From contig JBDRMO010000021.1 of the NCBI GenBank assembly GCA_043812095.1, forward strand, positions 1 to 42,937: 42,937 nt of DNA. Direction: 5' to 3'. Source of the DNA: Candidatus Omnitrophota bacterium. GTDB lineage: Bacteria > Omnitrophota > Gorgyraeia > Gygaellales > Profunditerraquicolaceae. Each line of letters starts with the position of its first letter. The first letter of the stretch is position 1. The notes below the pieces were generated by a model that did no database searches, was not told the origin of the DNA, and saw only the letters and a program-made list of their open reading frames with translations. Shown here in pieces: positions 25,940-36,141 of the stretch. The position numbers and the translations under genes are program-made.

Positions 25940-26440
25940 ATGGATTTTATCGAGACAGTAAAAGTAAGGAGAAGTGTCAGGGATTATACTGATAAAGCAA
26001 TCCCCGGGGAAGCCCTCCGGAAGTTAGTGGATGCGGCAAGATTTGCTCCTACAGCAAGAGGGGTTGAGCCGTGGGAGTTTATTATTATAACCGAAACTGT
26101 TCTCTTGAGGCAATTAGGAGATTTAGCTGAAAATGGAAGGTTTCTATCTGATGCTGCGGCTTGCATAGCGGTATTTTGTAAGGATACCAAGTATTACTTA
26201 GAGGATGGTTGTGCGGCAACTCAGAATATACTCTTGAGCGCAACTGCTTTGGGCATCGGATCGTGCTGGGTGGCCGGTGACAAGAAGCCGTATTGCAGTC
26301 AGGTTGGCGTTATTTTAAACGTTCCTCTGGGTTATAAACTTGTAAGTCTTATATCCTTAGGTTACCCTGTTCCTGAAGATGCCTTTAAGATTAAGGATAA
26401 AAGGAAATTAGATGATCTAATCCATTGGGAGGGGTTCTAA
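25940..26440 (+). CDS. Nitroreductase family protein
   Basis: RRSVRDY N-terminal motif, APTARGVEPWEF and GIGSCWV. Confidence 0.85.
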   Translation: MDFIETVKVRRSVRDYTDKAIPGEALRKLVDAARFAPTARGVEPWEFIIITETVLLRQLGDLAENGRFLSDAAACIAVFCKDTKYYLEDGCAATQNILLSATALGIGSCWVAGDKKPYCSQVGVILNVPLGYKLVSLISLGYPVPEDAFKIKDKRKLDDLIHWEGF

Positions 26441-26454
26441 GTTAGAGAAATGCT

Positions 26455-26724
26455 ATGGGTGCGCAGATAAAGGATAATCTAAACTCTTTGATTTTCTTAA
26501 GCCGGGCAGGATGCCTGCTGCCTTCACTGATAGGGCTAAATTTTTTCTTTGGTTGGATTTTCTTTGGATTTGCCGCCTGGTTATTAATTGAGGCAGTATT
26601 AATTTTATTATTTTTTCTATATTCCTATTTTATCATGCGCAGGATTGCTTCTGCATCAGGGCAGAAGGATGATGTAATAGACGTAGAAGGCCGGGTAGTA
26701 GATGACAAACAGGGATCGGAATAA
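26455..26724 (+). CDS. Small hypothetical membrane protein
   Basis: 89 aa with two hydrophobic segments and an acidic tail. No recognisable family. Confidence 0.4.
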   Translation: MGAQIKDNLNSLIFLSRAGCLLPSLIGLNFFFGWIFFGFAAWLLIEAVLILLFFLYSYFIMRRIASASGQKDDVIDVEGRVVDDKQGSE

Positions 26725-26816
26725 ATTTTATTGACTTATAATGATTTTATGTTAACATGGCCACAAGTACAAAAAATAATTTCTTAATAAAAATAGGATA
26801 AAAAGGAGAAATTCAA

Positions 26817-28919
26817 ATGGGTAACTTTGATTTATTGTTGTTGGCGCCGGTCGGCTCCATAATCGCATTGTTATTTGCCGCCTATCTTGCCTTCTGGATC
26901 CTTTCCAAGGATCAGGGAACTCCGATCATGAAGGAGATTGCTCAGGCAGTTAAAGTCGGAGCAAAGGCTTATCTAAAGAGGCAGTACGCGGTAGTATCAA
27001 TATTCTTCATCGTAGTTTTTATCCTGTTATTAGTTCTGGCATTAAAAAAATATTTAGTTATTTTTGTCCCGTTTGCTTTCCTCACCGGTGGTTTCTTCTC
27101 CGGCCTTGCCGGGTTTATCGGAATGAGTATCGCAACCCAATCCTCTAACCGTACAACCGCAGCTGCAATGAAGAGCCTGAATTCCGGATTGCGCGTAGCT
27201 TTCTCAAGCGGAGCTGTAATGGGTTTGGTAGTAGTGGGTTTAGGGCTTTTGGATCTGAGTATTTGGTATTATTTTCTTGATTGGTATTATTCCGGTCACG
27301 CTATACCTGTGGGAACAGATAAAATTACGGCAATTACATCGACAATGCTTTGTTTTGGTATGGGTGCCAGTTCCCAGGCATTATTTGCCAGGGTAGGTGG
27401 AGGTATTTTTACCAAAGCAGCTGATGTCGGAGCAGATTTGGTAGGAAAGGTTGAGGCAGGAATTCCCGAGGATGATCCGCGTAATCCGGCAGTTATTGCA
27501 GATAATGTAGGTGATAATGTCGGTGACGTAGCAGGTATGGGCGCTGATCTTTACGAGTCTTATGTGGGTTCGATAGTGGCTACTGCGGCTTTGGGTGTTG
27601 CTGCTGGTTTGGGAGTGGCAGGCGTAACCGTTCCCATGGTTATGGCTGCGGTAGGAGTTATCTGCTCTATATTAGGTACTTTTTTTGTTAGAAGCAGCGA
27701 AGAAGCAAAGCAAAATGTTTTATTGGCCGCGCTCAGAAAAGGGATCTTTGTCAGCGCGATATTAGTTGCGGTAACTTCATATTTTTTAGTTAAATTTACA
27801 TTAGGCTTGGAGAACATGGGAGTTTATTGGTCGGTGCTTTCCGGCTTGATTGCAGGAGTCTTGATCGGGTTATCCACAGAATATTACACTTCCAGCAACT
27901 TTAAGCCTACGCGTTCTGTTGCAGATGCATCTTTAACCGGTCCGGCTACGGTTATTATCAGCGGTATGTCCGTAGGAATGATGTCGACTTTTTTCCCGGT
28001 GATTATTATCGGGATAGCGATTCTAGCCAGCTTTTTTCTTTCCGGAGGAGCATCTAATTTCGAGGCCGGCCTTTATGGCGTGGGTATCTCTGCGGTAGGG
28101 TTATTATCAACATTAGGCATAACTTTGGCCACAGATGCCTATGGGCCGGTGGCTGATAATGCCGGCGGCAATGCCCAAATGGCAAATTTACCTCCGGAGG
28201 TCAGGAAAAGAACCGATGCTTTAGATGCACTGGGGAATACTACTGCTGCTACGGGTAAGGGCTTTGCTATAGGGTCTGCTGCTTTGACGTCTTTGGCTTT
28301 GATCGCCGCTTATAGAGAGCAGGTTGCTTTATACGGTAAAGAGATGACTTTAAGCCTGATGAATCCCAATATCTTGGTAGGGTTATTTATCGGCGGAATG
28401 CTCCCGTTTCTTTTTTCCTCTATGACCATGCGTGCAGTAGGCAGGGCAGCAGGTAAAATCGTAGTAGAAGTACGCAGGCAATTTAAAGAAATAGTCGGGC
28501 TTATGGAAGGCAAGGCAAAGCCTGATTATGCCCGCTGTGTAAACATTGCTACCTCGGCAGCACAAAAAGAGATGATTCTGCCTTCCTTAACCGCTATTAT
28601 TGCCCCTATTGCGGTTGGTTTGCTTATAGGAGTAGAGGCAACAGTAGGACTTTTAACAGGTACATTGGTATGCGGATTTGTTCTGGCAATAATGATGGCT
28701 AATTCCGGAGGGGCCTGGGATAATGCCAAGAAATATATTGAGGAAGGCAATCTCGGAGGAAAGGGATCTTTTGCTCATAAGGCCAGCGTGGTAGGGGATA
28801 CTGTCGGAGACCCATTTAAAGATACTGCGGGCCCGAGTATCAACATTTTGATTAAACTCATGTCTATGGTCTCTATTGTTTTTACCTCTTTTGTCATCTC
28901 TAATACCCTCTTTAAATAA
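26817..28919 (+). CDS. hppA: Membrane-bound ion-translocating pyrophosphatase
   Basis: Diagnostic motifs include GGGIFTKAADVGADLVGKVE, DNVGDNVGD, DAYGPVADNAGG, GNTTAATGKGFAIGSAAL and GDTVGDPFKDT. Confidence 0.95.
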   Translation: MGNFDLLLLAPVGSIIALLFAAYLAFWILSKDQGTPIMKEIAQAVKVGAKAYLKRQYAVVSIFFIVVFILLLVLALKKYLVIFVPFAFLTGGFFSGLAGFIGMSIATQSSNRTTAAAMKSLNSGLRVAFSSGAVMGLVVVGLGLLDLSIWYYFLDWYYSGHAIPVGTDKITAITSTMLCFGMGASSQALFARVGGGIFTKAADVGADLVGKVEAGIPEDDPRNPAVIADNVGDNVGDVAGMGADLYESYVGSIVATAALGVAAGLGVAGVTVPMVMAAVGVICSILGTFFVRSSEEAKQNVLLAALRKGIFVSAILVAVTSYFLVKFTLGLENMGVYWSVLSGLIAGVLIGLSTEYYTSSNFKPTRSVADASLTGPATVIISGMSVGMMSTFFPVIIIGIAILASFFLSGGASNFEAGLYGVGISAVGLLSTLGITLATDAYGPVADNAGGNAQMANLPPEVRKRTDALDALGNTTAATGKGFAIGSAALTSLALIAAYREQVALYGKEMTLSLMNPNILVGLFIGGMLPFLFSSMTMRAVGRAAGKIVVEVRRQFKEIVGLMEGKAKPDYARCVNIATSAAQKEMILPSLTAIIAPIAVGLLIGVEATVGLLTGTLVCGFVLAIMMANSGGAWDNAKKYIEEGNLGGKGSFAHKASVVGDTVGDPFKDTAGPSINILIKLMSMVSIVFTSFVISNTLFK

Positions 28920-28936
28920 CGCCGTTAATAATTGCA

Positions 28937-29818
28937 ATGAAAAGAATATTTATATTCTTAATTCTTTTCGCTTTACAGGCGAATATATGTTATGGATTAA
29001 ATTGGAAGTATCTGCATGAAGAAGCGGGTAGAAGAGACTTACCATACGCATTAGCATCGATACAAAATAACCCCGACAACATAGATAGTTTATATATTCT
29101 CGGTCTGGTCTATCTGAATGAACATAAAGATCAAGAAGCAGGCCAGATTTTTAATCGGATATTAAATTTAGACCCTGATGTCAAAGAGGCGCAATGGGGT
29201 GTAGCCGAAGTTCTACGCAGAGGACATGATTTAGAGAAAGCAGAAGCAATTTTAAATGAACTGATAGTTTCAAATCCTGAATTTTCTCCGGCTCATATTA
29301 GTCTTGCCTATATTAAGTATATCAAGATGGATTTTGACAAATCAGTAAAGCTTGCTTATAAGGTAGTCAGGCAGGGAGGGGATAATGTCGATCTTAGTAA
29401 TTATATAAGAGCTTATTTATTAGTTGCCGGAGCTAAGGGAATGATTGCGCATTACGGCGGACCGCTTTCTAAGGCAGTAAACGGAACCGCAGTTATGCCT
29501 TATCTGAGGAAAGCCGAAAGGCTACAATCAGACAATGCAGGAGTTATGTTCGGGTTAGGGAGTTTTTATCTTTTAGCTCCTGCTTTAGCCGGAGGAGACC
29601 TGGATAAAGCAGAGCAATATTACAAAAAAGCAATAGAGTTGGATCCTCTTTTTCCCGATGTCTATGTCAGGTTAGCGCAGTTTCATAAAAGAAAAGGCGA
29701 TAACGGAAAATATCGTGCCTATTTAGACAATGCACTTAAGATCGATCCCGGTAATGAATTGGCTATTGATATCAAGAGTGGAACTTGTAAATTTATCTGC
29801 TTCAAAGGTAAAGAGTAA
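28937..29818 (+). CDS. Secreted TPR-repeat protein
   Basis: N-terminal signal peptide and repeated TPR-like helices (AGQIFNRILNLDPD, AEQYYKKAIELDP, YLDNALKIDPGN). Confidence 0.7.
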   Translation: MKRIFIFLILFALQANICYGLNWKYLHEEAGRRDLPYALASIQNNPDNIDSLYILGLVYLNEHKDQEAGQIFNRILNLDPDVKEAQWGVAEVLRRGHDLEKAEAILNELIVSNPEFSPAHISLAYIKYIKMDFDKSVKLAYKVVRQGGDNVDLSNYIRAYLLVAGAKGMIAHYGGPLSKAVNGTAVMPYLRKAERLQSDNAGVMFGLGSFYLLAPALAGGDLDKAEQYYKKAIELDPLFPDVYVRLAQFHKRKGDNGKYRAYLDNALKIDPGNELAIDIKSGTCKFICFKGKE

Positions 29819-29828
29819 AGGAAGTAAA

Positions 29829-30869
29829 TTATAAATCGAGTATTTTATCTGAATAAGTACTAAGGGTATTTTTATATTGATGTTTTATCAAGGAAGAATT
29901 AATTAACTTTTCTGCCTTTCCTCTCAATAAATTAATTTCATCTCTAACATAATCTAATGCTTTTGAGGTTATTATAATATTTCGTATTTTATTTAAATCT
30001 CCGCTCGTTACTGTATTTTTCACGAAAATTCTTTTGATGATTTTTTGATTTCTATTATCCGAGTGGTGATAGGCGTACCAAACCAGCAGTGTCTTTTTAG
30101 CTTCCTGCAGGTCGGTGAGAGTAGACTTTCCGATCATTTTTTCAGTTTCAAACATTCCGATAATGTCATCTTTAATCTGAAAAGCCCTGCCTAAATATAG
30201 ACCGTAATTAAAAATAATATCAACTTGTTTTTTAGAAGCACCGGCTAAGATTGCCCCGATACTTAAGGGTGAGGCAAAGGTATAAGTTGCGGTTTTTAAA
30301 TCGTATATTTTGTAGATTTCTTCCTTCGACATCTTTTCGATACTTTTAAGGCCGCAGAGCAGCTCGAGAAATTCTCCGCCACCGGTATAGAAGGCAGCTT
30401 CGCTGAATTTCTTTAAGGCTAATTCTTTGCGGTAGAGATTTTCCTTTACAGAAAGGAAGGCATGCACTGCCATTGCATACATAACGTCGCCTGTAACAAT
30501 CGCCAGATCCTCTCCACTGAACTTGTGGTTATTCTTACCTTTTAGATACTTATTGAACATTTCGTGCATCGAAGGCTTACCTCTTCTGGTAGCCGATTTA
30601 TCGATTATATCATCATGCACCAGCATAAAATCGTGCAGAAGCTCCAGGGAAATTGCGGTTCTGTAGAGGTTAGGGGCAATTCTCGGGGCAAAGCCGAGAT
30701 AGCCGATTATAAGCATGGAAGGTCTTATACGTTTGCCTTTTCTTAAGATAAACTCTTTTATTGATTTAAAGAGAAGAGGGGATATCTTATTTAGGGAGTA
30801 TAAGCTGTCTAGGTCAAGTATGAATCTATGAAGTTCGCTGTCAATCCTCTTTTTTATTGCCAAAAGCAT
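29829..30869 (-). CDS. Polyprenyl diphosphate synthase (trans-isoprenyl diphosphate synthase family)
   Basis: First and second Asp-rich motifs LVHDDIID and FQIKDDIIG. Confidence 0.88.
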   Translation of the reverse strand: MLLAIKKRIDSELHRFILDLDSLYSLNKISPLLFKSIKEFILRKGKRIRPSMLIIGYLGFAPRIAPNLYRTAISLELLHDFMLVHDDIIDKSATRRGKPSMHEMFNKYLKGKNNHKFSGEDLAIVTGDVMYAMAVHAFLSVKENLYRKELALKKFSEAAFYTGGGEFLELLCGLKSIEKMSKEEIYKIYDLKTATYTFASPLSIGAILAGASKKQVDIIFNYGLYLGRAFQIKDDIIGMFETEKMIGKSTLTDLQEAKKTLLVWYAYHHSDNRNQKIIKRIFVKNTVTSGDLNKIRNIIITSKALDYVRDEINLLRGKAEKLINSSLIKHQYKNTLSTYSDKILDL

Positions 30870-30916
30870 AAATTATATGTTAACATAAGGCGTACGGCAA
30901 TTCAAATAAAATTAAG

Positions 30917-31807
30917 ATGATTAAAGACATTGCGCGGGCTTTAAGATTACCGTTTGTTACCGCTAGCATTCTACCCTTTATCTTCGGTTCTTTTATCGAA
31001 AGAGAAGATTTCAATGTTTTAGGTTTTATTCTAGGGTTAATCGCGGCAATTTCTGTTCACTTGAGCGCTAATCTGATTAATGACTATGCTGATTCAAAGA
31101 GCGGCGCTGACTGGCAGGATAGAAAGTTCTATAAGTTCTTTGGAGGATCAAAGCTAATCCAGGAGAAAGTGTTCTCTGAGAAATTCTATCTTCAGCTAGG
31201 TATAGCCCTAGCTTTCCTTTCATTATTTAGCGTTATTCTCTTAGCTTTAGTTTTAAGAAGTCCGTCTGTGATCATCTATTATCTGATTATTATTTTCTTA
31301 GGTTGGTCATATTCAGTTAAGCCGCTGCAACTTTCTTACAGGAGACTGGGTGAACCTGTGCTCTTCGTTTTGTTTGGTCCTGCTTTGGTTATGGGAGGGT
31401 ATTTTATCCAAACAGGTGTATTTCCTGACTTGAGAAGCTTTATGCTATCATTACCTTTTGCTTTTCTGGTTACTTTGATTTTGTTTGTTAATGAAATCCC
31501 GGATTTTACTGAAGATAAAAGAGCATTTAAATTTAACTGGGTAAGCTTTGTAGGTTTAAAGCAAGCCTTCGTTATCTATTATCTGCTAGCCTTTAGTGTG
31601 TTATTAGCCGTAGTCCTAAATATCTGGCTAGGGTATTTAAGCATGCGCGTTTTATCTTGTCTGGTTTTTACCTTTTTAATAGTAAAAACCGGTAATATTT
31701 TAAAGAGGGAATTTAATCATAAGACAAAATTAATCCGCTCTTCCCAATTAACCATTGCGTTACAAATGTTGATTGGAATTATATTAATACTGGATCTATT
31801 AGTATGA
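30917..31807 (+). CDS. UbiA-family aromatic prenyltransferase (MenA-like)
   Basis: Polytopic membrane protein with NLINDYADSKSGAD (NDxxD motif). It is divergent from the polyprenyl synthase gene. Confidence 0.75.
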   Translation: MIKDIARALRLPFVTASILPFIFGSFIEREDFNVLGFILGLIAAISVHLSANLINDYADSKSGADWQDRKFYKFFGGSKLIQEKVFSEKFYLQLGIALAFLSLFSVILLALVLRSPSVIIYYLIIIFLGWSYSVKPLQLSYRRLGEPVLFVLFGPALVMGGYFIQTGVFPDLRSFMLSLPFAFLVTLILFVNEIPDFTEDKRAFKFNWVSFVGLKQAFVIYYLLAFSVLLAVVLNIWLGYLSMRVLSCLVFTFLIVKTGNILKREFNHKTKLIRSSQLTIALQMLIGIILILDLLV

Positions 31808-32934
31808 AAAAAATTGTAATAATTGGAGGCGGTTTTGCCGGTTTAAGCGCAGCCCAAGCTTTGTTCAGTCAGAGAAGACAGGTTGAAGTTATATTGATAG
31901 ATAAAAAACTGAATTTTAATTTTTTGCCTCTTTTGCCGGATACGATTGGTAGAAAAATAAGCACTGATTTTATGACTTATTCTATCAATGATTTAAGTAA
32001 GAGGTATAGATTCCGATTTATTAACGGGGATGTCTACACTCTTGATTTGAAGCAAAATAAAGTATTCACATCAAGGCAGGAACTTTTCTATGATTATCTA
32101 CTTATTGCCAGTGGATCGGAAACTAATTTTTACGGCGATAATATTGCAATGAAAAGCGCTTATAAGCTGGATGATATCGAGGACGTAAAGAAGATCTGCC
32201 TGGGCATAGAAAAGGGGAGCTTTAATTGCTATCTTATCATCGGAGGCGGTTACACGGGCATAGAGATAGCCACGAATCTTAGAGCGCGATTGAACGGAAA
32301 ATCTCGTCACGAGAAGATAGTGATTATTGAACGAGCTGCTTCGATTTTAGGGCCATTGCCCGAATGGATGAAGGCTTATGTAGGTAATAACCTTAAAATG
32401 ATGGAGATTGAAGTTTTATTGAATACTTCTATTAAGAAAATTGAATCAAGAGACATTTATTTAAGTAATGGATTAACTTTTAAAAATGCTATGTTGATTT
32501 GGTCTGCCGGGGTAAAAGCCGCAAACTTTATTGATGATTTAAAAGTAGAAAAAAATCCTCAAGGAAGGATTAAGGTCGATGAGTATTTAAGATTGAACGA
32601 GGATTGTTTTGTAGCCGGAGACGCAGCCCATTTCCCTTATAAAAAATCATTTTTAAGAATGGGCATTCAATTCAGCATAATAGAGGGTAGATGCGCCGCG
32701 AATAATATAATCAGAAGCATAGGAGGTAAGAGGCTTCATAAATATAGGCCAATAGATTTAGGCTATATCGTACCAATGGCTAATAACAAGTCCTGTGGTG
32801 GAGTTCTAGGTTTAAAAATAAAAGGTTTTCTAGCTACGTTTTTTCATTATATAATGTGTATATACCGTTCTTATTCGTTTAGGTGCAAATTAGGAATAAC
32901 GCGAAGCTTGATAACCGGGGGAGGTAAGAAGTGA
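31804..32934 (+). CDS. Type II NADH dehydrogenase-like FAD-dependent oxidoreductase
   Basis: IVIIGGGFAGLSAA and IIGGGYTGIEIA dinucleotide-binding motifs, plus GDAA near the C-terminus. Confidence 0.8.
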   Translation: MKKIVIIGGGFAGLSAAQALFSQRRQVEVILIDKKLNFNFLPLLPDTIGRKISTDFMTYSINDLSKRYRFRFINGDVYTLDLKQNKVFTSRQELFYDYLLIASGSETNFYGDNIAMKSAYKLDDIEDVKKICLGIEKGSFNCYLIIGGGYTGIEIATNLRARLNGKSRHEKIVIIERAASILGPLPEWMKAYVGNNLKMMEIEVLLNTSIKKIESRDIYLSNGLTFKNAMLIWSAGVKAANFIDDLKVEKNPQGRIKVDEYLRLNEDCFVAGDAAHFPYKKSFLRMGIQFSIIEGRCAANNIIRSIGGKRLHKYRPIDLGYIVPMANNKSCGGVLGLKIKGFLATFFHYIMCIYRSYSFRCKLGITRSLITGGGKK

Positions 32935-33326
32935 TGAATCTGGCCAGTTTAGTTTTGAGGGTTTCCTTGGGTGCTATTTTCGCAGGTCATGGGTTACAGA
33001 AGTGCTTTGGCTTGTTTGGTGGATCAGGAATTAATGGATTTAGCAAGATGCTATCCGGTATGGGTTTTACGCCGGCATTATTCTGGGCTTATCTGGCAGC
33101 GTATCTTGAATTAATAGGAGGATTATTTTTAATTTTAGGAATTCTGGTTAGGACAAGCGCTTCATTATTGCTAATTTTGATAGCTGTTGCGGCACTAAAG
33201 GTACATATAGCAAAAGGATTCTTTCTCTCGGCTGGTGGCTTTGAATATACCTTGATTATTGCGGCTGTCTGCTTTGCTTTAATCATTACGGGAGCAGGAA
33301 AGTATAGCTTTTATAATAAATTCTAA
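32934..33326 (+). CDS. DoxX-family membrane protein
   Basis: About 130 aa with 4 TM segments, including RVSLGAIFAGHGLQK and ELIGGLFLILG. The ATG at 32934 overlaps the upstream TGA; the ORF track uses GTG 32931. Confidence 0.8.
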   Translation: MNLASLVLRVSLGAIFAGHGLQKCFGLFGGSGINGFSKMLSGMGFTPALFWAYLAAYLELIGGLFLILGILVRTSASLLLILIAVAALKVHIAKGFFLSAGGFEYTLIIAAVCFALIITGAGKYSFYNKF

Positions 33327-33370
33327 TATAGTAAAACCGGTACTATGATTTGAATGCCGAGTAAATAATT

Positions 33371-34543
33371 ATGCAAAAAATCAGGTTGTTTTTGATTATA
33401 TTTTTCTCGCTGCTGTTTACGAATCTTTCCGAGTGTAAGGTTTATGCCTTGGATTCTCCCAAGTTAATATTTTTTCACTCTCCCACCTGTCATAGTTGTG
33501 TCGAGGCAAAAAATGAGATAATCCCGGTGATAGAGATGAATTTTAAGGATCAAATCGAAATAGAATACCGTAGCATCGATAATATCGAAAATTACAAATT
33601 TCTTTTAAGTCTTATAGAATCTGAAAAAAAAGAAATCAAGGCAGTTGTTCCGACATTTTATTTTAACGGGCGCTTTTTTGTAGGTAAAAAGGAAGCCGAA
33701 GAGAAGCTGGCAGATTTTATTGCTGAATCTTTGCATCTACCATATAAAGAGCGGTCTTTACCCGAAGTAAGTCTGATTGAGCGTTTTAAGACCTTCGGAC
33801 CTCTGGTAATTGCGGCCGCAGGCCTAATCGACGGTGTGAATCCTTGTGCCTTTACGGTGATCGTCTTCTTCGTTTCATTCTTAGCGCTTCAGGGCTATCG
33901 AAAGCGAGACCTGGCAATTGTCTGTCCCTGTTTTATCTTAGCGGTTTTTATTACCTATTTTTTAATTGGCCTGGGGTTGTTTGGTGTGCTTTATAGCCTG
34001 CGCGGATTCTGGGTAATTGCGAGAGTCTTTAATTACTTAATTGGTGGTCTCAGTATAGTGCTGGGATGTTTAGCACTTTATGATTATTTTAAATTCAAGA
34101 AAACGCAAGAGACAGATGGACTGATTCTGCAACTTCCTTTATCGATAAAGAATAGGATACATTCTGTAATCGGAGCGCATTATAGAGGCGGACAAGTTGG
34201 AGGGCAGGGAGTAATAAAGAGGAACATCTCTAAATTAGTAGTCAGTGCATTTATTACCGGGTTTCTTGTATCAATACTAGAGGGAATCTGTACCGGCCAA
34301 ACATATCTTCCTACGATAAGCTTTGTTTTAAAGACAACGCATCTTAAGATTCAGGCCTTTATTTATCTTATTTTGTATAATATAATGTTTATCGTACCTT
34401 TAGTAGCAATCTTCCTATTGGCTTTATTAGGAGTAACATCCGGGCAGTTTTCAAAATTCTTAAAGAAGAACCTCGGAACGGTAAAGATTCTCATGGCAGT
34501 TTTATTCTTTGCTTTAGGTATATTTTTAATCTGGAGGGGGTAA
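33371..34543 (+). CDS. Thioredoxin-like domain fused to a CcdA/DsbD-type thiol-disulfide transporter
   Basis: Signal peptide, a CHSC (CxxC) motif in the N-terminal soluble domain, and membrane domain motifs GVNPCAF and GICTGQ. Confidence 0.75.
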   Translation: MQKIRLFLIIFFSLLFTNLSECKVYALDSPKLIFFHSPTCHSCVEAKNEIIPVIEMNFKDQIEIEYRSIDNIENYKFLLSLIESEKKEIKAVVPTFYFNGRFFVGKKEAEEKLADFIAESLHLPYKERSLPEVSLIERFKTFGPLVIAAAGLIDGVNPCAFTVIVFFVSFLALQGYRKRDLAIVCPCFILAVFITYFLIGLGLFGVLYSLRGFWVIARVFNYLIGGLSIVLGCLALYDYFKFKKTQETDGLILQLPLSIKNRIHSVIGAHYRGGQVGGQGVIKRNISKLVVSAFITGFLVSILEGICTGQTYLPTISFVLKTTHLKIQAFIYLILYNIMFIVPLVAIFLLALLGVTSGQFSKFLKKNLGTVKILMAVLFFALGIFLIWRG

Positions 34544-35001
34544 TGAAAAAGGTTATAGGGTTTAGGTTCTGGGTTCTAGGTTTAATTATGGTTGCTTCTA
34601 TATCTCCTACGGGTTGTTATGCGCAAGACTTAGTTAAAAAGCAAGGTGAGCCAGTGATTAAAGTTACTGAAGATGAGGATGCAATTGGTCCTTATTTTTG
34701 GGATTTTGGTGAAATTGAGAAGGCAGAGATAGTAGAGCATAATTTTACTATCAGCAATAATAGCGGGAAAACTTTAAAAATCGAAAGAGTTCATACTTCC
34801 TGTGGCTGTACAGCCTCTGAGGTAGGAAATGACACTCTTTTACCGGGAAAGAGCACTCAGATCAAAGTCAAATTTGATAGTAAAAGTTATTCGGGTGAGA
34901 TTAAACAGTATGCATATGTTCATACAGATGACCCTGAAAATTCTCTAATCAAACTGACGATTAAGGCAAAAGTTATGAAAAAGGAGCAGGGAGAGAAATA
35001 G
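34543..35001 (+). CDS. DUF1573-domain protein
   Basis: Signal peptide plus FDFGEI...F.I.N.G...L.I..V.TSCGCT, the hallmark of DUF1573. Confidence 0.8.
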   Translation: MKKVIGFRFWVLGLIMVASISPTGCYAQDLVKKQGEPVIKVTEDEDAIGPYFWDFGEIEKAEIVEHNFTISNNSGKTLKIERVHTSCGCTASEVGNDTLLPGKSTQIKVKFDSKSYSGEIKQYAYVHTDDPENSLIKLTIKAKVMKKEQGEK

Positions 35002-35002
35002 T

Positions 35003-35962
35003 ATGTTTTTTCTAAAAGTAAGAATGTTCTTTTTGGTTGGAATTTTATTTGCCATATTTTATGCGGCCGTAGTTGTGATCGGCTCATATCTGGGTATTGC
35101 AAACTTCTACTTCTATTTAATATTCTCTTTTCTACTAATGTTCATTCAGTATATGATCGGGCCCAAGCTGGTTGAGATGATGATGCGGGTGAAATATATC
35201 AAGAGGGAAGAGTCGCCGAAGTTATTCGAAATGGTAGAAGAGCTCGCCGGGAGAGCGAATATGCCCGTACCTAAGATTGGCATTGCGCAGATTGGAATTC
35301 CTAATGCCTTTGCCTTTGGCAGATCTATTAGAGACGGCAGGGTTTGTGTTACTCAAGGCATTGTCAATCTACTAAATGATGATGAGCTCAGGGCAGTTTT
35401 AGGGCATGAACTTAGTCATATAAAGAACCGCGATGTTGTAACCATAACCCTGCTTTCGGTAATACCGATGATTATGTACCGTCTTGCCTGGCATTTTCTC
35501 TTTTTCGGGAGAAGTCGTAACAGAGAAGGTGGTAACACTGTTTTAATCGGTTTAGCAGCATTTATATTCTATTTTATCACCAATCTCTTGGTACTTTATG
35601 CTTCAAGGATCAGAGAGTATTTTGCAGATAGGGGATCAATTCAGTTAGGTAATTCGCCTGCAGCCATGGCTTCAAGCCTTTATAAGCTGGTATACGGTTC
35701 AGCGCGTATGGATAAGAATGCCCTAAAAGAGACAGAGGGGCTTAAGGCATTCTTTGTTAATGATCCTTCCCGCGCCTTGAATGAAATCAAAGAACTGAAG
35801 CAGCTGGATTTAGATAAAAGCGGTACCTTAGACAGTTCTGAGCTTGAGGCTGTAAGGAATAAAACGCTGGTTTTGGGCTTCCAGGATATGCTATTAGAAG
35901 CTTTAAGCACCCACCCTAATATGCTTAAAAGGATTAAGAAGCTGTCAGGGTATAGAATTTAA
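35003..35962 (+). CDS. htpX: M48-family zinc metalloprotease HtpX
   Basis: HELSHIKNRD zinc motif, N-terminal TM helices, and EYFADRGS downstream. Confidence 0.88.
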   Translation: MFFLKVRMFFLVGILFAIFYAAVVVIGSYLGIANFYFYLIFSFLLMFIQYMIGPKLVEMMMRVKYIKREESPKLFEMVEELAGRANMPVPKIGIAQIGIPNAFAFGRSIRDGRVCVTQGIVNLLNDDELRAVLGHELSHIKNRDVVTITLLSVIPMIMYRLAWHFLFFGRSRNREGGNTVLIGLAAFIFYFITNLLVLYASRIREYFADRGSIQLGNSPAAMASSLYKLVYGSARMDKNALKETEGLKAFFVNDPSRALNEIKELKQLDLDKSGTLDSSELEAVRNKTLVLGFQDMLLEALSTHPNMLKRIKKLSGYRI

Positions 35963-36005
35963 ATTAACCTGCCAAAGAAACCATAAAAAAACATCTAAAA
36001 AAAAC

Positions 36006-36033
36006 TTGACAAAGAAGAAATGGATGTTATACT
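36006..36033 (+). promoter_or_regulatory. Sigma70-type promoter for the 36.1-42.9 kb locus
   Basis: TTGACA (36006-36011), a 16-nt spacer, then TATACT (36028-36033). The leader is about 100 nt and contains a 9-bp hairpin, aattaagaa/ttcttaatt (36103-36111/36122-36130). Confidence 0.6.
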
Positions 36034-36141
36034 TTTATAAAGTTTAAAGAAAGCGTTTTCAAAAGTCTTTCCAAAGCCATAAGTAAGTAACACCCAACTA
36101 ACAATTAAGAAACGCCACGGATTCTTAATTGGACAGAAAAT